A model generated the notes under the pieces. That model saw only the letters and a program-made list of their open reading frames with translations. It was not told the origin of the DNA and did no database searches. DNA of 62,792 nucleotides, counting the filler, from Cercozoa sp. M6MM (taxonomy: Eukaryota > Protista > Endomyxa: Ascetosporea), in the NCBI GenBank assembly GCA_040357565.1. It is 3 parts of 3 records of this genome, joined end to end, with 100 filler letters (N's around TTAATTAATTAA, not from the genome) between each part and the next. Parts side by side here need not be neighbours in the genome. Positions count along the whole stretch, not along the records: positions 50,298 to 62,792 come from JBDODJ010000378.1; 2 more parts are not named here. One strand, 5' to 3'. The translations under genes and the position numbers were made by a program. Shown here in pieces: positions 54,148 through 62,792 of the stretch; the first letter of the stretch is position 1; every line of letters begins with the position of its first letter.

Positions 54148-56888
54148 TCACGTCAAAGGAAAAGGCCAAGACGACGCATTTCTTGAGCGCGCAACTGCGC
54201 ACGTTTCTTTTGTGATCGTTTGTTGCCGCTCCCACTAGCTGACCTGAGCAAGGCACGCGCAACAACAAAGATGAATACGATAAAACAATAAGATAACATT
54301 CATAAAGCGTGTGTACGACTCAAGTTCGGGTTGTGTGAGCTGCTGCGCTAGTGGTGGCGCCGAGCGAGCAACAGAAGCAACAGGAGCAACGGCTCTCGTC
54401 GAAGTACGAGTCGGCAGCGACGGCAGATCCGGCAGCGGCTTCCTTTCGCCTTGCAGAGCACGCGCATACAGACCCTGTGCCACACTCGCTGTCTTCTCTT
54501 CCTGCAGCAACTGAATAATCTAAAAAAAGGCGAGTTTCGACAGAAGGGTTGCAGAAGTACAGAGGCAGAAGGCGGCGGAATGTACACGCCCATTTGCGAG
54601 AGTTTTTGTCGCTCACGTTCTTCATGCTCGCGTGCTCGTCTGCACGTGTGTTTCATAGTGTATTTGCCAGGGTACATAAAGAGTAGGGAGGTACCGATCG
54701 ATGGTACGACGTTGTTGCTTGGCGCGATTCCGTCTTCGCTTTCGCTCCTTGAGTTCGGCATCAAATCTTGCACGAATCTCGCGTGTCACGCCGAGTTTCG
54801 ACAGGTCCGAGTCATTCAGACAACACGTGCGCAGCTCAGTCGCACGCGGCAAGTGCGCACGTGGAACGCCTTCCGGTGCCGTGTCTGATGGCAGCTCAGT
54901 GATAGTACAGATCGAACACAACGGCAGATATTGTCATACCCTCCCAAGTGCGAACTTCACTGACGACTGCTTCGAATTTCGTTGGCAACTCAGGTACCTG
55001 TCATTAATAAACACACGTTACACACACAAGTGTAATTGTCCAAAACAATTTACTTGATTCAACATGCGCCAATCGAGATCGTCCAAAAAGAAACTAAACG
55101 AATCAGTCTGTGCAACAAAGCAACAAAATAAAGAGAAAGATCGTTACGCTTGTCCATCGGCACTCTGAAAGAAAAAGCGACTCGAGTCGCTACTGCCACT
55201 AGCCACCGGCACCGACAGTAACCGCGTTCCGGAGTCTTCCACAGGGGTCGAGGCCAGCTGCGATAAAGGCATAGCGGAACAAAACAAAAGGAAGCAGAGA
55301 AACTGAGTACCGACGCGGACAAGAGAGGCACATGCGGAGCACAGCGTGGCAACAGACGCGAACGACGTCTCTGACACAGACGCAGAGCAGCCATGATAAA
55401 CTTAACATCGGGGTCGTTCATGGCCTACGCATCAACGTCAAAGCACATCAAAACACGAGAATCAAAGCAGCCAAAGAAACCTGTTGTGCAAGCGTCATCG
55501 TGTGAGTGAGCGTCTCGGCATCCAGCACTTTGTTTCTGTTGCGGCCGGTCAAATGGCGATACAAGGCCAGGTGCAGTCGCTCTTCTTGTCGCTGTGAACA
55601 ATTGTCGCCTCGATTCAAATAAGCAGCACTAAATAATCGGGAAAAGATACTTGTGCTATCGCGTTCACTGCTTCGGTGGTGGAACAGGTGACGCGATGGC
55701 TCGAAACATCTGCAGAGAAAACTGTAAGTTCATTCCATATCGTCAGAAAGGCAGAAAGCGTACCGTCACTTAGCAGTGTCTCAGTATAACCGCTCGAACT
55801 GTCAGTTGCGTGAACCGGCGTAGGGCACGCCTTGTGTAGCAGTTCTGTCAGTGTGTTGCACTCCTTGCTTTGTCCGACCTACTTTCACCCTGTATCGCTG
55901 GTTAAATCTCCGCAAACAGCACCGAAATACCGACATCAGTTGGAACGTCACACGATCGCCAGCACGGTGTGTGTGCACAGGTTGCACGGATACACTACAC
56001 CAACGTGTGTGCGATGCTTATACACACCTGTGCAAACCAAGAAGCACCTACCTCGGCAAGTTGTGATGCCGTGTCACTGAGTAGTTGCTACAGAGGCAAG
56101 GAAGTCGAAACAAACACAACGTGGAACAACGCGAAATTACCAAATCGGGCATGCTGACACAGTGGATAAGTGTCGTAGCAACGCTGGCAGTTCATAGACG
56201 TGTCCGCAAGGCGTGATCACCGGACAAGCCATCTCTTCCACTGTGATTCAAAGGTTATTTATTATCGTGCTTTCCAACAAAACTCAAAAATGTACCTGTG
56301 TCCAAAGAAATCGGGCATCGAAGCGATTCACAGGTGTCGACTCCAATCGCAACCACCGATTCCCAGCTGCACGAAAACGGAAAATGTGGCATCCACACAC
56401 GCTAGCCAAAATAAAACGCACTCGGGGACAGCATTTGGATTCCGAAGCAACGCAACAATTTCAGAGCAGTCGCTTTCGGATTCGGCAAACGGAGTCAGCA
56501 AATACCGACTGTGCACACAACAATAGACTCACTCATTCTCAGTTGCAGCAATAAAGCATACAACGAAGCGTGTGCTATTTCGGCAGCTGAAAAGTGACGC
56601 CGATCAGTTCTTCTCCGTCCGCGCGGACGTTGTTGCTTCTGCTTCCACATACCGAGCGAGTAGACATTGCTCGAAAAAAACGACAAAGATTGATGATACA
56701 TTGGGAGGACGATAGCCCCGACTACGCTGCTGAGGCTGTGATTCACTGCGACGGTTCCTCTGGTCAATCGGACGGTTTCGACGATCGCGCTCGCTGCGTT
56801 TCTTCCTTCTCGGTGCACTTTTCGTGCTCTTTCCCACTGGGACAAACGCAGGCGCAGCGGCGTCCAGAAAAGTGCCTGGGAGTGACAT
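54148..56888 (-). CDS. RNF10: RNF10/Mag2-like E3 ligase with a degenerate RING
   Basis: Spliced CPISLDTVEEMACPVITPCGHVYELPALLRHLSTVSACPIC; AGDRVTFQLM; FFFQSADGQ; RFDAELKERKRRR, in RNF10 order. Confidence 0.7.
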
Positions 56889-57155
56889 TGATGTGCGTGG
56901 GGCAGCCGATGGCCGGCGACGCGGCCGCTAAGCGCCTCAAACAAATCGATTTTGATGGGAATCGTTACAGATGATTGATCGGAGCGCTGGTTTGTTTTGG
57001 AAGATAAAACAAGCTCTATGTCGTATTGCGCTACCGTGCGCTTTTTCGGTTTAAAAACTTCCATCACTATCGTATATTGTGCTCCATCGATTCTCTTACA
57101 TTTTGGACGATCATGCCTTCCTATTGTCCGTTTCCATTGTGCAACTGCTTCAAGT

Positions 57156-59612
57156 TTAGCACTCGTCGACGAACTCAAGCGTGAGTGCAGGCGCGAGGCA
57201 CTCGTCCTCATCGTAGCCGACAATCATGTCCTGCAACCAAGCAAAAAATGACTCGCGAAATTTAAACATCCCGGTGAAATCGAGAAGGGAAGGTTACGTA
57301 GAGTGGCACGTCTCCCGACACGCGAACGCGCAGCTCGCCGTTCTCGACGCCATGGCGGATGCTGTCATCACAAACACGAGCAGTTTGACCGAGTGTATTT
57401 TTCCGATTTTGCACCAAGGGCCGACTTACATGGGAGAGATGTCGGGCGACACCCAGGCCTCGCCAGCCTCGAACGCCTCTTCGTCCATCGGGTCTTCAGT
57501 CCAGGCGACCTGCTCCAACAGAGTGACTCAACTCATGCAAACAGGCACGACGTTTGTCTGGACTCAGCAGGGTGCTGAGCACGAGAAAGATTACCGTGAT
57601 GTCACCACGCTGGAGCCAGAGCTGCATACTGCTGGAGTCGCCGTCCTTCTTGCCAAAGAGTTGCACGTGCGCCTCGGCCAGTTTCTGCCAGAACGGAAGC
57701 ATCAGGGAGAAACACCAGGCTGATCGAGGAAACAAGGAAAGCTACGGCAGGGTCAAAGTCGGGCACAGCAAACACGAGCTCAACGCCATCGTCGGTGCGC
57801 GTGTGCTGTGCCTGCATCTGCACCTCGACGAATTCAGGCACACACACGGTGCTCTCGGGAATCGTGTCGCTCAGTTCCGAGTGCAGCAGGAACTGGTCCC
57901 ACTGCTTGCCCGTGTAGTCCTTGTACCTACCAACACATACAGCGATGATACCAAGGCGACATGCTTATCATCAAAGGGTACTCGCAGAGCGCACGCGTCT
58001 CCAGACCGCCGTAGTTGAATGTGCAGAACAACGCTCCTTGCTTGAAGTCTTCGACTTGTCTGCAGCCATAACTGGCCCCTGCAATACGTGTTTTGTCAAT
58101 ATTCATCTGTACCATATATATACATATATATATATATATATACTTATATATATATATATATTGTTGATATCATTTATCTGGAAAGGTCAAGATACACCAT
58201 GGGTTCTGTTCGCGGTTGCTCTTGCATTGACGAACACCGCGGCCCTGTACAAGACAAAGTTGTCTATACTTTACCCACAAGAAAACAAGGCCATCAGAAG
58301 AACACACAGCAGTGCCGGCACACCAGCAGATCGACTCGCCATTTCGCAACTGCAGCACAATAGTTAATTTATCTCTTCAAAAAAGAACTGTGATACAATC
58401 ATGCGCTCAGTGTCTTGCGACACAATCTGGTCCTTGAACGACGACATCATGTGCGTACGCGCGTACGAGTGTTCATGACCCGTAGCCACCAACTGCAGAC
58501 ACAAAATAAACGTGTCGACTCTCAAATTAACACAGGGAAACAAAGGGTACAGCGCCGTGCTGACGGCAGGTTTCGTAGACGCTCCAACCGACTTCGTCGG
58601 GCTTGCTTCCGACTTGCATCTTCCGCTTGTTCTTGTGCCAGTTGCAGATCTTCCATGGCACCTGCGACAAACCACAAAAAATACAAACACCAAAAACGAC
58701 AGAAAACTCAAGTCCAAACACACTTCAGTTCGCGTATGTGCCGACAAGGACTCGTCCAAAAACGACGACCAGCCTTTGCCGCGCGTGCCAACACCAGATA
58801 GAGCAAGCAGCAGGCCCTTGTACCTGTCGGGCCAAACCATCGATAATATCCGTATATTGAACCAAAAGAAAAAACAGGGAAGACATGATACAGACAGGCT
58901 TCGTTCTCGGCTGTCTTGCCGGTACAGTACTTGGAAATGCCCTGACGTTCATAGCGTTCACGAATAAGATCACGGTAGCCCTTTTCGCCGTCACCCTTCT
59001 GCAGTCAGACAAACACAAGAAAACGGTAACTGATGCTTGGACAGGAAAACAGATTGGATCAGAGTACCTTATCCTTCCTCCAGGAACTCATGTCGTGGTT
59101 GCCGATAGCGACAAAGTACGGGAAGTCCTCGCCCAGGGTGGTGTCAATCATGCGGAAGAACTCACTTGGCGAAGACTCGTAGTCAAGATCACCGGCATGA
59201 ACAGCAGCCTCGGCACCTTCCTTCTTGATCTATAAACAAGGCCAAACTAAAGACATGACGCTTTGCATTTTAAGTGTTTGCGAGTTCACCAAGCGCATCA
59301 CGCTGTACGCAGTTTCTGTGATACCAGAGTCGCCAAAAAAGGCCACTTTGAAGTTCTCGGGTCTGATCAGATGACACGATACCAATCTGCCTCAGTCGAT
59401 ATTTAAATTTGTGAGGACACAGGAAAAAGTTACGTCTTCTCCAGCGGCAGTGCACGCACATCATCACGCACCGAGTCCTGCCAGAACAGCTGCACGTTAA
59501 ACCGAGCGAACTCGGGCAGAACAAGTACCGACTTGGCCTGCACGGCGCCGCAGTTGGTGCCAATCGCACGAACACCACCAGCTAGCGCCAGCGCAGAAGC
59601 TAACAGTTTCAT
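57156..59612 (-). CDS. Secreted calcineurin-like metallophosphoesterase with C-terminal beta domain
   Basis: Signal peptide; KVAFFGDSG, HAGDLDY, IGNHD, CNWHKN, TGHEHSYART; C-terminus WVSPDISP...APALTLEF. Confidence 0.88.
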
Positions 59613-60122
59613 GCTGGCTGCAACACAGTGGGGTACAAGTCGCACTCACAGCAAAGTGGATCAACGAAAAGGGCGCACGTGACACGCACACAGAACACAA
59701 CTGCGGCCATGTGACACATAACAGCAGATCGATCAAAGAAGTTTGATACTTGTCTCACAGACGTCAGCGTGTCGCACACGTCAAAAAGATGCAGGAGCAC
59801 CAGTAGGTGTGCAGAGGCAGGAGTCACTGGTCACCACGGCGGTGGTCTTAATTTTGTTTTGAAGAGCGGCACAGCGCTCCTAAATAGTTTCTTCGTCTAC
59901 TTGAATTGTGGTCACAATTTAAGCACGTGCATCACTTTGACTGCTTGAACATAATGTTGGGGATATGTTGCACGTTTAAATAGGAGTTTGGAGAAGGTCA
60001 TTTTAGCTCGGAGATATGAATTCGGCGTGTGCTCGTACTTTGCAACGGTCAGTTGTGCCGTCGAGAGCTTGGAAGTCAGTTAGTTCAGAATAGATCACGC
60101 CTAGAAGGAAAATCACCAGATA

Positions 60123-61915
60123 ATGAAGCTGCTGCTGAGTGCTGTGTGCGTTGGTTTTGGCAGCCTGGCGCAAAGTGCGAGCTACGGCACCACCTATGGT
60201 CAGACCGTCGATGTGGATCGTGTTCTGGCACAGGTGCAACAGAAAACCTTCGAACTCGGGAAACACGTTGACTTCGCAGAGAAAGCCGTCTTTGAGGAGA
60301 TGAGCAAACTCAGTGCCGTTGTCGCCGATTTGCGCAAGGTAAACCCCAGGGCACTTTTTCTGCAAATGTGTGGAAGGGTACTTTGAGAGTGTTTGATTGT
60401 TGCAGCGAACTGACCGTGTCACCCGAGATGTTATGAAGTATGACTGAACGCTTTACATCCATTATATCGCTTGCGACTGTGTAAATTTGTGTGCACATCA
60501 ATTGCCATTTGTAAATTTATTCTGTAGGGGAGTGACCACTACTACTGAAGCCACCGAACCGAGCTCTACCACTGCTACTGAAGCCACCGAACCGAGCACT
60601 ACCACTGCCACTGAAGCCACCGAACCGAGTTCTACCACTGCCACCGTAAATTATCAACCTCCAAGGGGTTTTTGTTTTGGAAAACTGTTGAATACAATTT
60701 GTGACATGACTCTAGACTAGTACCACTGCCACTGAAGCCACCGAACCGAGCACTACCCAAGCCAGCACTACAACCGTAGATTATCCACCTCCACAACTGT
60801 TGACACACAGTTTGTAACACGATTCTAGACCACCACTGCGACCGAAGCAACTACGACGACCGAGACGACGGCGGTGAGTACCCATATACTCTGGACTCAA
60901 ATCCATCGGTGGCACAAGAGCATGTTAGTTTGCAGACCACTACGACGGTACCGACAAATGACCTGGGCGCACCATGTACTAATAATGACGACTGTAATGG
61001 TCAGCTTCTTTTTGTACATACTGAAACAGAATCAACTCTGTACGCTCCCTGTTACAGTTCCGTCCGGTGAACTCCGGTGCTCTACGGTTTCTGGCGTGTG
61101 TGTGCTGATCGAGGGTGACACAAGTTTGACCTGTGATGCTATCAACTCGGTTACCTGCGACCAAGGCGCCACTTGTGACTCGACCACCGGGGATTGTCTC
61201 CTCTTGACCGGCCAGACTTGCGGCGGCGACAACTCTCTTTGTCTCTCAGGCTCGTGTTCGGGGCCCAGAGATACATGCGACGCAAGCACCTGCGCTATGC
61301 CCACAATAAATCCTGCAGACTGTCCTGCAAACACATGGTGTGCAGACGTTGGTAAAGTCTTTTCTTGCAACTGAACACTATATTCTCACGATTAAGCCAG
61401 TCCAGTGATACGGTGATCGTGTTTTGCAACAGCTGTTTCAACAGTTCCGTTTGACACTACGCAACTGACGATGTATGAGTGTCGCTTGCCATACCTTGGA
61501 CTTGGGTGGTACTGGCATCATTCTTGTAGGAGTTCGCGTACTAACAGAGACTGTGTTAATTGCATTTGGCAGCACAAGCGACGCCGATTGTGCGTCCGGT
61601 CGTTGCCGACTGGACCTTACCCTCAATGATGTGCCCACGAGTGCATGCATCAGTTCCTCTTACAGCTTCGCGCTAGCGGGCGGAGGAAACGAACCCTGTT
61701 TCAATTCAGAGTCGAGCTTCCTGTGTGCCGGTGACGCGACATGCGTCGACGTGGGAGGCGGGGATTTTGCCTGCGACTACCGCACTCCTGGGTCGGAATC
61801 CTGCTCACGCACAGATTCAATCGTCGAATGTGATCTCAGCCTGGACGGTAGCAACGACGTTGACATGTACTCCGTGTGCACGGGCGGCACTTGCTCAGCT
61901 TCGGTGGCCCCATGA
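60123..61915 (+). CDS. Secreted protein: N-terminal coiled segment, mucin-like TTATEATEPS repeats, Cys-rich C-terminus
   Basis: Signal peptide MKLLLSAVCVGFGSLAQS; 33-bp tandem repeats at 60535-60780; Cys modules at 60970-61915. Confidence 0.8.
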
Positions 61916-62322
61916 GTTGGCCGGCGCTGGCTGTTCACTTGGGTATCATCACCCAGATGTGAGCCCAAGTATCGCCATGGGGAACACTGTAACTTCCCTC
62001 TCAGTTGAAGTTCTACCCTAAAAGCAGTTTTCAGATTTGAGACAACGCACCCGAGGCATCAGTTGCAGTAAGTTTAATCAGAAACTAAAAGCGGGCGGAT
62101 AGCTTTCTGCTGACAGTAAAGGTGTCTCCGCAAATGCTACCCGCTGTAGTAATAAGGCGAGGCGCTTCACAGAATCTGGGAAACTGTTGCTGGCATAAAT
62201 TTACAGGGATGGTCGTCGAGGACCTTGTGCACTGGGCACGTATCGAAACATATACGTATAATATATATGCCGCGATCATGAATTCACTAAAAATTTAAGG
62301 CTACCGCTTTCGATTCAATAAA

Positions 62323-62353
62323 TGATACCGTAGCCCTCTCAGAGTGGGCTCGG
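62323..62353 (-). mobile_element. Degenerate remnant of the element right end (copy C)
   Basis: TGATACCGTAGCCCTCTCAGAGTGGGCTCGG versus the reverse complement of the copy-1 end, TGTTACCGCAGCCCTCTCAGATAGGGATCAGG. Preceded by TAAA, i.e. TTTA in element orientation. Confidence 0.55.
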
Positions 62354-62373
62354 TTTGTTAAACTACGCTACAG

Positions 62374-62772
62374 CTAGTGCGCATGACCGGCGTGATCATC
62401 GCCGTCCTCATGATCACCGTGCGAATGCGGCAGCGCCCAGCTGATCAGCATGAGAGCACAGCCGCATATGACGATGAAGACGAGTCGCGGCAGACGCTTC
62501 TTGGGTGCATCCAGCAGTTCGGGCAGCAGGTCGGCCAGGGCGAGGTAAAGGAACATGCCAGCCGCCACAGGCAGAGCGTAGATGGCGTCATGTTCGAAAC
62601 TGTCGCCGAGACCAGCACCCACCAGAGTGCCCACGAGATTGGCAGTGCCACCGGTGAGCACATTGAAGGCCAGTGCGACTTTGGGTGCCAGTCCACCTGA
62701 CACAAAGACGCCCAAGTCGGCCAGCTCCGCCGGCAACTCGTGCACAATCACAGCGGCAGCAGTCACGAAGCC
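62374..62772 (-). CDS. ZIP (SLC39) metal transporter, 3' exon (partial)
   Basis: VHELPAELADLGV, AAGMFLYLALADLLPEL, His-rich tail HSHGDHEDGDDHAGHAH. Confidence 0.9.
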   Translation of the reverse strand, partial: GFVTAAAVIVHELPAELADLGVFVSGGLAPKVALAFNVLTGGTANLVGTLVGAGLGDSFEHDAIYALPVAAGMFLYLALADLLPELLDAPKKRLPRLVFIVICGCALMLISWALPHSHGDHEDGDDHAGHAH

Positions 62773-62792
62773 TACCGGGGGGGGGGGGGGGG

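Noticed and set aside
58885-59235. Nested plus-strand membrane protein ORF
   Set aside because: Antisense to the metallophosphoesterase exons containing GDLDY and GNHD.
60535-60780. CRISPR-like repeat array
   Set aside because: Coding tandem repeats (TTATEATEPS) without unique spacers, in a eukaryotic gene.

Overview
Gene-dense, intron-rich eukaryotic DNA, probably a protist, with the standard genetic code and short GT-AG introns of about 45-70 nt. It is a draft assembly with N-gaps; two of them carry an artificial TTAATTAATTAA contig linker (23458-23469, 50242-50253), so the window is at least three joined contigs. About 30 spliced genes were reconstructed by eye, and their outer coordinates are approximate. 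Recognisable genes: HAD phosphatase, Stealth phosphotransferase, acyl-protein thioesterase, inositol 5-phosphatase, two tandem DEAD-box helicases (one RecA1-only), MAK-like kinase, ISCA1, RRP36, STK19-like, DNase II, SLX4-like, LRRC40-like, NSE3/MAGE-like, bacterial-type RNase HII, CAP-Gly protein, EEF1AKMT4-like, RNF10-like, a secreted metallophosphoesterase and a ZIP transporter. Several secreted proteins could not be assigned. The most striking unexplained structure is a family of short non-coding elements with termini TGTTACNGCA...TGCGGTAACA, 4-bp flanking duplications and a conserved hairpin-rich right end. All copies lie between convergent gene 3' ends. Two of them, in inverted orientation, bracket a secreted-protein gene (31642-33975) with a perfect 10-bp outer TIR and an identical TTTA on both sides, making a candidate eukaryotic composite, cargo-carrying transposon. 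Other points of interest are a decayed 18S rRNA fragment, an LRR protein fused to Jupiter/SPIRAL1-type PGG repeats, an RNF10 homologue that has lost one RING zinc site, and a paralogous Cys-rich secreted family.
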